Counted from the first letter of the stretch, positions 49,417 through 59,345 are shown. The stretch: DNA of 64,000 nt from Synechococcus sp. CO36386bin_29 (GCA_011523835.1 WTFZ01000194.1:134-64133); one strand, 5' to 3'. Numbers and translations are program-made. Notes: a model not told the origin generated them from the sequence alone.

Positions 49417-50457
49417 ATGTTTGGTCTGATCGGACATTCCACAAGTTTTGAAGCCGCCAGGCGGAAGGCTTCCGAACTTGGGTTCGATCACATCGCGGAT
49501 GGGGATCTCGATGTGTGGTGCAGTGCTCCGCCACAACTTGTGGAGCATGTCGAGGTCACCAGTGCTACAGGACGAACCATTCAGGGCGCTTACATCGATT
49601 CCTGCTTCGTGCCGGAAATGTTGAGCCGCTTCAAGACGGCCCGCCGCAAGGTGCTCAATGCGATGGAGCTTGCTCAGAAAAAGGGCATCGACATCACAGC
49701 TCTCGGCGGATTCACATCGATCATCTTCGAGAACTTCAACCTGCTGCAGCATCAGCATGTCCGCAGCACGACCTTGGCCTGGGAGCGCTTCACCACAGGC
49801 AATACCCACACCGCCTGGGTGATCTGTCGTCAGGTTGAGAACAACGCCCCTTCCCTTGGGATCGACCTCAAGAAGGCCTCAGTGGCTGTTGTTGGAGCGA
49901 CAGGCGACATCGGCAGTGCCGTGTGCCGCTGGCTCTCCTCCAGGACCGGCGTGGCTGAATTGCTGCTCGTGGCTCGGCAACAGAAGCCGCTTGAAGATCT
50001 CCGAGACGAGTTGGGTGGCGGCCGGATCCTTAGTCTTGAGGATGCTCTGCCGGAAGCTGATGTGGTGGTTTGGGTGGCCAGCATGCCGCGCACCCTTGAA
50101 ATTGATACCTCGCGACTGAAATCACCCTGCCTGATGATTGATGGTGGCTATCCCAAGAACCTCGATGCTCGCGTGGCTGGTCAAGGGGTTCACGTGTTGA
50201 AGGGTGGAATTGTTGAGTTCTTCACTGACATCGGTTGGTCGATGATGGAAATTGCCGAGATGGAGAAACCCCAGCGTCAAATGTTTGCCTGTTTCGCCGA
50301 AGCCATGCTGCTCGAGTTTGAGTCGCATCACACCAACTTCAGTTGGGGACGAAACAACATCACGCTTGAGAAGATGGATTTCATCGGTGGGGCTTCGGTG
50401 CGCCATGGTTTCACCACCCTCAACCTGCACGGCCTCCCTGAGGCTGCAGCCGCCTGA
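49417..50457 (+). CDS. aar: Long-chain acyl-ACP reductase
   Basis: [59 protein letters not shown]. Confidence 0.97.
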   Translation: MFGLIGHSTSFEAARRKASELGFDHIADGDLDVWCSAPPQLVEHVEVTSATGRTIQGAYIDSCFVPEMLSRFKTARRKVLNAMELAQKKGIDITALGGFTSIIFENFNLLQHQHVRSTTLAWERFTTGNTHTAWVICRQVENNAPSLGIDLKKASVAVVGATGDIGSAVCRWLSSRTGVAELLLVARQQKPLEDLRDELGGGRILSLEDALPEADVVVWVASMPRTLEIDTSRLKSPCLMIDGGYPKNLDARVAGQGVHVLKGGIVEFFTDIGWSMMEIAEMEKPQRQMFACFAEAMLLEFESHHTNFSWGRNNITLEKMDFIGGASVRHGFTTLNLHGLPEAAAA

Positions 50458-50477
50458 CCTCACTCTCTTGATTCGCC

Positions 50478-51467
50478 ATGCCACGCCGTCCGCTTCTCGA
50501 GTTTGAGAAACCTCTGGTCGAACTCGAGCAGCAGATTGAACAGATCCGGCAGCGGGCTCGGGACTCAGAGGTTGATGTCAGTCCCCAGTTGCAGCAACTC
50601 GAAACACTGGCCGCACGTCGTCGAGAAGAGATTTTCAGATCTTTATCACCTGCTCAGAAGATCCAGGTGGCGCGTCACCCCCATCGCCCCAGTTCGCTGG
50701 ATTACATCCAGATGCTCTGTGACGATTGGGTTGAGCTCCATGGGGACCGACGTGGCAGTGACGATCAGGCTCTGATCGGAGGCCTCGGTCGTTTGGCTGA
50801 TCGCTCGGTGCTGCTGATCGGACATCAGAAGGGACGGGACACCAAAGAAAACGTGGCTCGCAACTTCGGGATGGCAACCCCAGGCGGCTACCGCAAGGCT
50901 CTACGCCTGATGGATCATGCCGATCGCTTTCGACTGCCGATTCTCTCGTTTATCGATACACCCGGAGCCTACGCCGGTCTGCTCGCTGAGGAGCAGGGGC
51001 AAGGTGAGGCCATTGCCGTGAATCTGCGCGAGATGTTCGGTTTCCGGGTGCCGATCATCGCCACAGTGATTGGTGAAGGTGGATCCGGTGGGGCGTTGGG
51101 AATCGGTGTTGCCGACAGGCTGCTCATGTTCGAGCACAGCGTTTACACGGTCGCCAGTCCTGAGGCCTGCGCGTCCATCCTTTGGCGTGATGCAGCCAAG
51201 GCTTCGGAAGCGGCTTCAGCCCTCAAGATCACGGGCCCAGATCTGCTCAGTCTTGGCGTTGTGGATGAAGTGCTTCCCGAGCCCATTGGCGGAAACCATT
51301 GGGCTCCCCTAGAGGCTGGTGAGATCTTGCGAGAGGCGCTTGCCCGCAATCTTGAGGCTTTGCTCGAGTTGTCCGAGCAGCAGCTCATTGAGCAGCGTTA
51401 CCGCAAATTCAGGGCGATGGGGCGTTTTCTTGATGATTCGGCAACAAAAGCTGCCGCGGCTGACTAG
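50478..51467 (+). CDS. accA: Acetyl-CoA carboxylase carboxyltransferase alpha subunit
   Basis: [48 protein letters not shown]. Confidence 0.97.
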   Translation: MPRRPLLEFEKPLVELEQQIEQIRQRARDSEVDVSPQLQQLETLAARRREEIFRSLSPAQKIQVARHPHRPSSLDYIQMLCDDWVELHGDRRGSDDQALIGGLGRLADRSVLLIGHQKGRDTKENVARNFGMATPGGYRKALRLMDHADRFRLPILSFIDTPGAYAGLLAEEQGQGEAIAVNLREMFGFRVPIIATVIGEGGSGGALGIGVADRLLMFEHSVYTVASPEACASILWRDAAKASEAASALKITGPDLLSLGVVDEVLPEPIGGNHWAPLEAGEILREALARNLEALLELSEQQLIEQRYRKFRAMGRFLDDSATKAAAAD

Positions 51468-51491
51468 GGTGCGTCGGCTTGCCTGGTTTCA

Positions 51492-52199
51492 TTGCCTTCC
51501 GTCCTGATCACAGGTGCATCCCGGGGGATTGGTCATGCTGCTGCAAAGGCATTTGCAGAAGCAGGATGGGACCTCCTTCTGGTCTCTCGAAGTGAAGCGG
51601 CTCTTCAGTCTCTTTCTTCTGAACTCTCTGCCTGCGGTGTCCGTGTCGTCTTTCAAGCCATTGATCTCACGGATCCGGCAGCTATTGCTCCCGGACTCGA
51701 GAATCTGCTCAGTCAGGGACTGAGGCCATCGGTTCTTGTCAATAACGCAGGCGCAGCCTGGACAGGTGATCTGTTGGCCATGCCGCTTGATCGATGGGAG
51801 TGGCTCATGCAGCTCAACCTCACCAGTGTCTTTCAGGTTTGTGCCGCTGTCGTGCCTGCCATGCGTCCAGCAGGGGGCCTGGTGATCAATGTGAGCAGCC
51901 ACGCGGCAAGGAATGCCTTCCCTGGTTGGGGGGCTTACTGCATGGTCAAAGCGGCTCTGGCCAGTTTCACGCGCTGCCTGGCTGAGGAGGAGCGTTCGAA
52001 TGGGATCCGAGCCTGCACGCTCACGCTCGGAGCTGTGGATACTCCACTCTGGGATTCCCCTACGGTGGATAGCTCATTTGACCGCCGTGCCATGCTTCCC
52101 GTGAATCAGGCGGCTGCCGCGCTTCTGCATCTTGCTCAGCAACCTGCCACACAGGTCATCGAAGACCTCACTCTGATGCCGGCTACCGGCGCTTTCTGA
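51492..52199 (+). CDS. Short-chain dehydrogenase/reductase (classical SDR)
   Basis: TGASRGIG, NNAG, NVSS, YCMVK (YxxxK); TTG start. Confidence 0.92.
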   Translation: MPSVLITGASRGIGHAAAKAFAEAGWDLLLVSRSEAALQSLSSELSACGVRVVFQAIDLTDPAAIAPGLENLLSQGLRPSVLVNNAGAAWTGDLLAMPLDRWEWLMQLNLTSVFQVCAAVVPAMRPAGGLVINVSSHAARNAFPGWGAYCMVKAALASFTRCLAEEERSNGIRACTLTLGAVDTPLWDSPTVDSSFDRRAMLPVNQAAAALLHLAQQPATQVIEDLTLMPATGAF

Positions 52200-52211
52200 T
52201 CTCAGCTCAAT

Positions 52212-52970
52212 ATGACTTCCACACTTCCTGTCTCCACCAACGGCAACGGGCCTCTAGTCAAAAACGGAAAGCTCCCTGCTCTTGAATCTCTTGTTTCTGA
52301 GCGTATCCGCGCTCGACTGCGTGACAAGGATGTGTCGTTCCTGGCTAACGACAACGTGGCTGATTACATCCTCCCAGGGGAGCTCGATGAGCTGCAGGTC
52401 GAGGTTGCCGATCGTGTGCGTGATCTGCTCAAAGCTCTGGTGATCGATATCGAAAACGACCACAACACTGCTGAGACTGCAGAGCGAGTGGCGAAGATGT
52501 ATTTGCACGAAGTCTTTAAAGGCCGGTATCACCAACAGCCCAAAGTCGCAAGCTTCCCTAATGTCAAAAAGCTTGATGAGATTTATACCGTCGGTCCAAT
52601 CACGGTGCGTTCAGCCTGTTCCCACCATTTGGTGCCGATTATGGGGAACTGCTGGATCGGTATCAAGCCAGGTGAAAGAGTGATTGGCCTCTCGAAATTC
52701 ACTCGAGTTGCTGACTGGGTGTTTTCAAGGCCTCATATCCAGGAAGAGGCAGTGATGATTCTCGCTGACGAAATCGAGCGGCTTTGTGAGCCCCAAGGCT
52801 TGGGAATCATTATCAAAGCTCAGCACTACTGCATGAAATGGCGTGGTGTGAAAGAACCTCAGACCAGCATGGTGAACTCAGTGGTTCGTGGCGATTTTCG
52901 TCATGACCCCAGCCTAAAACAGGAGTTTTTCGAGCTTGTACGGCAGCAGGAGGCACTTCTTAGCACCTGA
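52212..52970 (+). CDS. folE: GTP cyclohydrolase I
   Basis: T..RVAKMY, SACSHH..P..G, IGLSKF.R, QE, H.CM..RGV. Confidence 0.95.
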   Translation: MTSTLPVSTNGNGPLVKNGKLPALESLVSERIRARLRDKDVSFLANDNVADYILPGELDELQVEVADRVRDLLKALVIDIENDHNTAETAERVAKMYLHEVFKGRYHQQPKVASFPNVKKLDEIYTVGPITVRSACSHHLVPIMGNCWIGIKPGERVIGLSKFTRVADWVFSRPHIQEEAVMILADEIERLCEPQGLGIIIKAQHYCMKWRGVKEPQTSMVNSVVRGDFRHDPSLKQEFFELVRQQEALLST

Positions 52971-53001
52971 TTTGTTCATTCTCTTCGGGGTTGGTGAGTA
53001 T

Positions 53002-53493
53002 TTAGCGATTGATAGGACCGAGCCTGTTGCTTGCGATCCTCTGCACTCTCCCATCTGTGGTTCGTACAACGAGCACGGCCATTAGTTGATTGCCCCGATC
53101 ACTTGAGCGAATCCGATAAGAGCTTTCACTGACGCTGTTGACCAATTGCCAGTTTCCCTGTTTCTTCCGTTGGTACCAGTGGATTTGGATGTCTTCGATT
53201 TGGTCACCTTGAAGCATCAACTCTGCTCTGACCAGTTGCCCCTCTCTGGCTTCGCCGATCAGTTCGAAGCGTTTTAAACCTTCGATGGATTGCTCAAGGT
53301 GACCTTCAGTTTGCAAATCGCGGCTGATCTGGCCCTCAAGGACTTGAATCTGCTTCTGCGGGCTGGCGGTGAGTCCTGGTGTGCACTGCAGACTTCCGTT
53401 TTCGAGTCTGCAACCTGGTAACAGTCCCTGTGCTGATGTTCCCAGTGGCAGTCCTGTCATCAGAACCAGGAGCAGGGCCGGCAGCTTGACCAT
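53002..53493 (-). CDS. Hypothetical secreted protein with Ig-like C-terminal domain
   Basis: Signal peptide, Cys pair, WYQ...W..V.....SY.I...D.G..L pattern. Confidence 0.6.
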   Translation of the reverse strand: MVKLPALLLVLMTGLPLGTSAQGLLPGCRLENGSLQCTPGLTASPQKQIQVLEGQISRDLQTEGHLEQSIEGLKRFELIGEAREGQLVRAELMLQGDQIEDIQIHWYQRKKQGNWQLVNSVSESSYRIRSSDRGNQLMAVLVVRTTDGRVQRIASNRLGPINR

Positions 53494-53519
53494 GAAGCTT
53501 CAGTTACGAGAAATTCAAG

Positions 53520-54218
53520 CTATCCAAGTCTGCGAGCCCTGTCTTCAACCGCTTGCACCAGAGCACGAACCCGCGCGAGATCTTTCACTCCTGGACTGAT
53601 TTCCAGTCGACTTGATGCATCAAGGCCGAAAGGGTGCAGCGCGTCAAGCTTCGGTACCCATTCCGCGCAGATGCCACCGGCCAGCCACCAGGGCCGACCA
53701 CCTGTGAGTTCATCCTGCAAATGCTTGAGCCAGGTCGGATCCAGCTGATGCCCTGTTCCTCCCAGCTGGTCAGCGCTCCAGGCATCGATGAGCAGCGCAT
53801 CCACCGCGTTGCTGTAGCGATGAATCGTTTCGAGTCCAGCGTCACCACGGAGGCGCAGTGCCTTCCACCAGTCGATGTCCGGATATCGGGTCCGGAGCTC
53901 CGCGCAACGGGCTTCTGATTCCTGACCATGCAGCTGAACCACCGACGGCGTTCCCTGCCCGCTCAACACGTCATCCAGGTCGTTGTCGTTGGGGTCCGCA
54001 GCAACCCACACGCGCGCAACGGTTGATTGCGCGGCCAACCTGGCGTAAATCTCCCGACGTATCTCGGCACAGACGTAGCGAGGTGTTCCTTCAACGCCGA
54101 TCACGCCGATGGCCTGAACACCCAATGCTGCGATGGAACAGGCCTGAGCGCTGTCAGTCAGACCGCAGATTTTGAGATGCAGGGCCTGGCCAGACATGGC
54201 ATGAAGCGACGATCTCAA
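53520..54218 (-). CDS. trpF: Phosphoribosylanthranilate isomerase
   Basis: LKICGLT, VQLHG.ES, LIDA, GGTG, LAGG, D.SS.LE..PGVKD; start uncertain. Confidence 0.93.
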   Translation of the reverse strand: MRSSLHAMSGQALHLKICGLTDSAQACSIAALGVQAIGVIGVEGTPRYVCAEIRREIYARLAAQSTVARVWVAADPNDNDLDDVLSGQGTPSVVQLHGQESEARCAELRTRYPDIDWWKALRLRGDAGLETIHRYSNAVDALLIDAWSADQLGGTGHQLDPTWLKHLQDELTGGRPWWLAGGICAEWVPKLDALHPFGLDASSRLEISPGVKDLARVRALVQAVEDRARRLG

Positions 54219-54270
54219 TCCTTTCTAGGATCATGGAATTCAACGCAGACCGGCTCAGCCGGCGAATCTC

Positions 54271-55515
54271 TTGGGTGATGGATGGCAACTGATGCGCATC
54301 GGTGGCATCCCGCTGCGGGTTCATCCCAGCTGGTTCATCATCTTGGTTCTCTTCACCCTGGCTTTTCAGAGTGAAGTCGCTCAGTTACCTGAAGCGCAAG
54401 GTCTTGTCTGGGCCACATGGCTGACGGGATTTCTGACGGCGCTGCTTCTGTTCGTTTCCGTTCTGCTGCATGAGCTGGGGCATTCAGTGATGGCGATTCG
54501 CGAAGGGGTCAAAGTCACCAGCATCACCTTGTTCCTTCTCGGGGGCGTTGCCAGGGTTGAAAAGGAATGCCCAACGCCGATGGGTGCTTTGCGGGTTGCA
54601 GCTGCAGGCCCGGCTGTGAGTCTTCTTCTCGCTGCTGGACTCCTGGCCAGCATCCATGCAGCCACAGACGTCAATCCGCTACTGGGCAATCTGGTTACGA
54701 AGCTCGGTTGGCTCAACCTGATCTTGGCCTTGTTCAATCTCCTGCCAGGGTTGCCACTCGATGGTGGTTTGATCCTCAAGGCTCTGGTCTGGCATTGGAC
54801 CGGCAGTCAGCGCAAAGGGATCCAGGTGGCGACCGCCAGTGGGCGTTTTCTATCACTTCTGGCGATGGTGATCGGGTTCTGGTTGCTTTTTAAAGGCAGC
54901 GTCTGGCCTGGCCTCTGGTTGGTCATGCTCGGCTGGTTTGGCATGGGGGCCTCGCGAAGCCAAACTCAAACTCTTGCGTTGCAGCAGGTTCTTCAAAAAG
55001 AGACTGTCAGTCAAGCTGCATCTCGACGCTTTCGTGTCGTGGAAGCCGATCAGCCCCTTCGCAGACTGAGTCAGATGAGGCTTGGGGCGGTGGAGACTGA
55101 TGATCCCCATCTGGCCGACTGGGTCCTGGTCTGCAGGAATGGTCGATGGGTCGGATTCATCACTGATCAACCGCTCAGGGACCTCCCCGTCCAGCAGTGG
55201 GATCGGCAGAGAATCAGCGATCATCTGCAGCCTCTGGATCGTTTGCCATCAGTCAGCCAGTCATCACCTCTCTGGCAGGCGGTGATCGCTCTTGAGCAGA
55301 GTGAAGATGGTCGCCTGCTTGTGCTTGGTCCCGCGGGACTCCCCGACGGAACCCTTGATCGCAGTGATCTCGGAGAGGCTGTGCTTCGGGGGCTTGCCGT
55401 GAAGCTTCCAGATGCCATGCTCGAAAGTTCGAGGCGGAACAACACTTACCCCCTCGGTCTGCCCCTGTTGCAAGTGGTCAACAACATGCAAGCGTCAGGG
55501 CTCCTCAAGCGTTAA
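54271..55515 (+). CDS. Site-2 protease (M50) with degenerate CBS-like C-terminus
   Basis: HELGH, LFLLGGVA, AAGPAVS, FNLLPGLPLDGG. Confidence 0.92.
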   Translation: MGDGWQLMRIGGIPLRVHPSWFIILVLFTLAFQSEVAQLPEAQGLVWATWLTGFLTALLLFVSVLLHELGHSVMAIREGVKVTSITLFLLGGVARVEKECPTPMGALRVAAAGPAVSLLLAAGLLASIHAATDVNPLLGNLVTKLGWLNLILALFNLLPGLPLDGGLILKALVWHWTGSQRKGIQVATASGRFLSLLAMVIGFWLLFKGSVWPGLWLVMLGWFGMGASRSQTQTLALQQVLQKETVSQAASRRFRVVEADQPLRRLSQMRLGAVETDDPHLADWVLVCRNGRWVGFITDQPLRDLPVQQWDRQRISDHLQPLDRLPSVSQSSPLWQAVIALEQSEDGRLLVLGPAGLPDGTLDRSDLGEAVLRGLAVKLPDAMLESSRRNNTYPLGLPLLQVVNNMQASGLLKR

Positions 55516-55526
55516 CGCTGAGCTGC

Positions 55527-56282
55527 TCAGAGCGAGTCAAGAGACGCGAGTTCGTCCATCCGCTGAATCTCGTTCTGAGATAAATCTTCGACGCGCCATT
55601 CCAAATCGGTTGTGAGCGTTTGGAACGCTTGTCTCAGTGCGAACTCAAGGCCTGTAACCGAGGGTGCTGCAGGGATCCAGCGGGGTGGAGAGGTTGCGAA
55701 AACAGTCTCCCAAAGGCTCTCAGGGGGATGCAAAGGGATTTCACCGTGCTGCAGAAGGTGGCCCTGTTTCCAGAATTGAGCACTGCCGACGCGTTTGCAG
55801 CCGCCAGAATCGACCAGGTCTGCTGCTGTGGACTGCGCAAAACAGTTATCAACAATGCTTTCCGCTGCAGCTATCCCCGGCGTGAGGCGCAGGCCAAGGT
55901 TCTTGAATCCCTGTTGGAGGCACTGATTCACCCGGGTGTAGGCCTGCCGTCGTTGACGGGGGGGGTCTGCCCAGATCAGGGCATAGGTGAGTCCGCCTGC
56001 ATGCAGCACGGCACCGCCTCCGCTCGGGCGTCTGACCAGATCCAACGCGTCTGAAATCGCGAGCTGTCGCCACTGGTCTGCCGGGATGACCTGGTGCCGT
56101 CCCAGGGAGAGGGTTGGGCGGCGCCATTGGTAGAAACGCAGGATCAGGGCATCAGATCCACCGCTGCAGCTTTGTTCCAGAAGCAGGGTGTCGAGTGCCA
56201 TCTGTTCAGCACCGCTCCGGATCTGGGTTGGCACGAGACGGGCTGGCCGTTTGCCGGACGGGCAGGATGCAGGCAGCGTCAT
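55527..56282 (-). CDS. Lipoate-protein ligase / octanoyltransferase family protein
   Basis: QMALD..LL, LRFYQW..PTLSLG..Q, RRPSGGGAVLH, CF, K.VGSAQ, LQHG. Confidence 0.9.
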   Translation of the reverse strand: MTLPASCPSGKRPARLVPTQIRSGAEQMALDTLLLEQSCSGGSDALILRFYQWRRPTLSLGRHQVIPADQWRQLAISDALDLVRRPSGGGAVLHAGGLTYALIWADPPRQRRQAYTRVNQCLQQGFKNLGLRLTPGIAAAESIVDNCFAQSTAADLVDSGGCKRVGSAQFWKQGHLLQHGEIPLHPPESLWETVFATSPPRWIPAAPSVTGLEFALRQAFQTLTTDLEWRVEDLSQNEIQRMDELASLDSL

Positions 56283-57060
56283 GGCAGTGATGACATTGGC
56301 AGAAGGTCTCGTGGTGCTGCCGATGGGGCTGCTGGCTGGAGCCCTTGCAGGCCTTTTGGGCATCGGCGGTGGCTTGATTTTCGCGCCTCTGCTGCTCTGG
56401 ATGGGCCTGAGCCCGCATCAGGCTCTGGCCACGAGCACTTTTGCCATCGTTCCCACCGCCATCGGCGGAAGTGTGACCCACTTGCGCAGCCGTTCCTTGC
56501 CGTTGCAGCCTGGCTTGGTGATTGGTCTGACGGCTTTCGCGACAGCGTTGATCTTCAGCCGTCTGGGGGGTGTGGTGGCTGGTTGGCACCTCCTGGCTCT
56601 GCAGTCGTTGTTGTATCTGGTGCTGGCCAGTTCAATCCGAGCGCGTCAAGAGTCATCCCCGCAAGGTGATGCTCACCGACCGTCTCCCTGGGGGTTGTCT
56701 GCCGTTGGTGCTGTGGCCGGTCTGTCGGGAGGATTGCTTGGTCTGGGTGGAGGGCTGTTGATGGTGCCCCTGATGGTGAGTGGACTGTCGATGCCCATCC
56801 GTCAGGCCATACGCCTGAGCACGTTGGCCGTGGCCTGCTCGGCCAGTGCAGCGTCGCTCCAGTTTCTGCAGGAAGGACGAGGACTGGCTTCGATGGGATT
56901 GCTGCTGGGGGGGGTCGCGGCCGTTTCGGCCCAGTGGACCGCATCCCGTCTGGATCGAGTCAAGCCAGGAACGCTGGCCTGGCTCTTAAGGATCCTTGCC
57001 TTGCTGTTGGCCATTGACAGCGGACGACGGGCCATCGCTCTCGCGTTCCTCCTGAACTGA
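56281..57060 (+). CDS. TauE/SafE (DUF81) sulfite exporter family membrane protein
   Basis: Two repeats of AG..GLLG.GGG....P, A.ATS; about 8 TMs; start at 56281 or 56290. Confidence 0.88.
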   Translation: MAVMTLAEGLVVLPMGLLAGALAGLLGIGGGLIFAPLLLWMGLSPHQALATSTFAIVPTAIGGSVTHLRSRSLPLQPGLVIGLTAFATALIFSRLGGVVAGWHLLALQSLLYLVLASSIRARQESSPQGDAHRPSPWGLSAVGAVAGLSGGLLGLGGGLLMVPLMVSGLSMPIRQAIRLSTLAVACSASAASLQFLQEGRGLASMGLLLGGVAAVSAQWTASRLDRVKPGTLAWLLRILALLLAIDSGRRAIALAFLLN

Positions 57061-57062
57061 CC

Positions 57063-58055
57063 TCAGCCCCCAGTCCAGGCGATCAGAGGCTGCAGGCCGA
57101 GAGCGATCACCAGGCTGACAATCACGCCGATGAATGCTTTCCAGAGATCGCTACCGATGACTTTGCCGAGACTGCCTGCGGATCGGTTGGTAAACACATA
57201 TTCAAATTCCTGTTCTTTGATGCGTAGGGCGATTTCACGACCACCCAGCAACCCCAGGAACACCCATGTTGTACTCAATGGGAAGGTGCTCAGGAAGGCT
57301 TTGTACAACAAGCAGAGACCGAACATGAAATCGATCACCGTCGCCGAACGCAGATCAGCGGTGTTCGTTTTACTGCGAAGCACACTTTGAATCGGACCAC
57401 CTCCAATGGCGACCAGTACGCAGAGACCGATGCAAAGAATGGCTGTGCAGATCAGCATCGGGAATAACCCGAGAGTGCGCGGTAGGAAAACAAAAATGTT
57501 GGCAAGATCTTGAACCATCCACATGCTCCAGAGGAAGCCGGTGGAGAACCATTGCAGGCCGTACCAAACCTTGTTGAAATCCTTGCCTTCCTGCGTGCGT
57601 CGGAAGACCCAGCGCTCCAGCAACCACATCCCAAGACCCCAGGCGGCTAAACCCAGGCAGAACGCCAGGAAGTAACCGGAGAGGGAACTTTCAAGAAGCT
57701 TCGGAATGTTTTTTGGAACAAATGCTGAGAGCACCAGGAATGAAGTACTGACAGGTGCTCCCCAGGCGGTGAGACCCAGCACCGCAAGTGGGGGAATGAT
57801 GTAAACCCAGGTGAAGTTTTCGGGAGTCGGAAATTTTTCCAGTCGTCCCCAAGCCGGGTCTCCGTTGTTGATGGACCAGCCGAGCATCAGTACGACAATC
57901 GTCACTGTGCAGATGAAAATCATCTGCACGACTTTGGGAGTGCGTTTCTTGTTGGATGAGATGTAGGTGCCGAGTGTCTGCAGCGAATCGTTGGCAACGA
58001 CTGAATAAGCGGCCAGAAGAAAGCCGATGATCATCCAGAGATTCGCGCCCATCAT
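57063..58055 (-). CDS. Multi-pass membrane protein, PiT/PHO4-like transporter
   Basis: ANDS.QT.GT and QD.AN repeats plus PVSTS and PLSTT motifs; about 9-10 hydrophobic segments. Confidence 0.6.
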   Translation of the reverse strand: MMGANLWMIIGFLLAAYSVVANDSLQTLGTYISSNKKRTPKVVQMIFICTVTIVVLMLGWSINNGDPAWGRLEKFPTPENFTWVYIIPPLAVLGLTAWGAPVSTSFLVLSAFVPKNIPKLLESSLSGYFLAFCLGLAAWGLGMWLLERWVFRRTQEGKDFNKVWYGLQWFSTGFLWSMWMVQDLANIFVFLPRTLGLFPMLICTAILCIGLCVLVAIGGGPIQSVLRSKTNTADLRSATVIDFMFGLCLLYKAFLSTFPLSTTWVFLGLLGGREIALRIKEQEFEYVFTNRSAGSLGKVIGSDLWKAFIGVIVSLVIALGLQPLIAWTGG

Positions 58056-58158
58056 TCCATTGAATTCAATTCAGTTCTAAAGATGCTTTGAGATCACGGA
58101 TGTGATGGCCGCAACATGATCAATGTCAAACATTCACTTGTCACTGCACCTGGCTGGC

Positions 58159-58770
58159 TTAGTTCAAAACTCTGAGTGTTTGGATCTGAGACGTTGAGAC
58201 CCACTTGGCGAGGGCCTCCAGTGAGGCGCGCTCTGGGAGGCAGACACAGCCGGTTCCTGGATTGCAACCATGAATCCCCAGGCCGATTCGGGTTGTTTTG
58301 AAGCGTGGCGTCAGGCTGAACCAGATATCGCTCCCCCAGGCTTCTGGCAGGCCCAGGGAGTAGGTGCCTGCAGGCAGGGGGGCTCCGTTGCCAGGAGACC
58401 ATTGGCGATCGAGGAATTGACTGGAAGCCGACCCGCTCACGGCCTCCCAGCTGGCCAGAAGTCGATCGCCTTGGCGAAGCTCCAGTTTCCAGAGGCGCTC
58501 CCCATCCTGGCGTTTTTGCTCGGTGCGTCGAGCTGACAGTAAGAGGGGCGCCTGACCCAGCTCGGCGGCGAGCTCTGGGCTAGGCCCGGACTGACCTGAA
58601 GGGAGAGGGGCCTCGGGTTTTGATTCTGAGATCGTTGTCAGTCCGGAGGCGACAGCGTTTGTATTGGATGTGAGGACTTGCTCTGGGAGCGAACGCCTCC
58701 CGCAGCCCTGGAGAAGAAGCCCCGCCAGCACAAGCCAGAACCATCGACATCGGGTTGCCCTCAACGTCAT
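58159..58770 (-). CDS. Lipoprotein with L,D-transpeptidase-like (YkuD superfamily) domain
   Basis: LLQGC lipobox, AVSG, PLPAGTY, GIHG..GCV. Confidence 0.6.
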   Translation of the reverse strand: MTLRATRCRWFWLVLAGLLLQGCGRRSLPEQVLTSNTNAVASGLTTISESKPEAPLPSGQSGPSPELAAELGQAPLLLSARRTEQKRQDGERLWKLELRQGDRLLASWEAVSGSASSQFLDRQWSPGNGAPLPAGTYSLGLPEAWGSDIWFSLTPRFKTTRIGLGIHGCNPGTGCVCLPERASLEALAKWVSTSQIQTLRVLN

Positions 58771-59267
58771 TGGGCTTGATCCAGAAGATCCCAGAAGCCT
58801 CCATCAAGTTCGAAGCCAAGGCTCGCCGCCATGAGGGAGAGGTTTCCCCGTTGGTGTCCGGGAATCCCCGCATCAGCCCCAAGCTGATCAAGAACCATCA
58901 ACCGGTGCGTCATCCAGATCTCGAGGGCCTGGGGGTCGAAGCGAATCCCTTCACTCGGGCGGAAGTCATGGGGAACCAACATGGCCACGTGCTGGATGAG
59001 GCAACCTTTCGTGCGATTCAGCAGGAGCGGTAGCCAGGGGTAGCGGGCATCAGCGCGTAACGCCCAAAGCCGGGGTTCTGCACATTCGCTGAGCTCCCGG
59101 GGATCTTCCGGCGGACGGGGCCATTCATAGTTGAGCTCGAGAACAGCCCCGTTGTTCAACAGCTCGGTCAGGGGCTGATCCATCCACTGAACCAGGGCCT
59201 TGAGATCCAGCCGCTGGATCGCATCGGCGGTAATGGTCAGCGAAGGCTGTTGGCATCCGGCTTCCAT
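58767..59267 (-). CDS. CRR6-family NDH-1 (NdhI) maturation factor
   Basis: DPRELSE..E.RLW.LR.DA.YPWLP.LL, AMLVPH.F...EGI.F.PQALE. Confidence 0.88.
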   Translation of the reverse strand: MEAGCQQPSLTITADAIQRLDLKALVQWMDQPLTELLNNGAVLELNYEWPRPPEDPRELSECAEPRLWALRADARYPWLPLLLNRTKGCLIQHVAMLVPHDFRPSEGIRFDPQALEIWMTHRLMVLDQLGADAGIPGHQRGNLSLMAASLGFELDGGFWDLLDQAQ

Positions 59268-59345
59268 AAAGGTGTGACAGGCCTTTGCGAATGATGGCGC
59301 TCTGAGGGGTCTTGGCGGAAGAATGCAGAAGTTCAGAGGTTCGAC

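Noticed and set aside
58120-58145. TGTCA direct repeat upstream of the PiT-like gene as a Pho box
   Set aside because: Spacing is 16 nt rather than 11, and it does not match the cyanobacterial PyTTAAPyPy(T/A) repeat.
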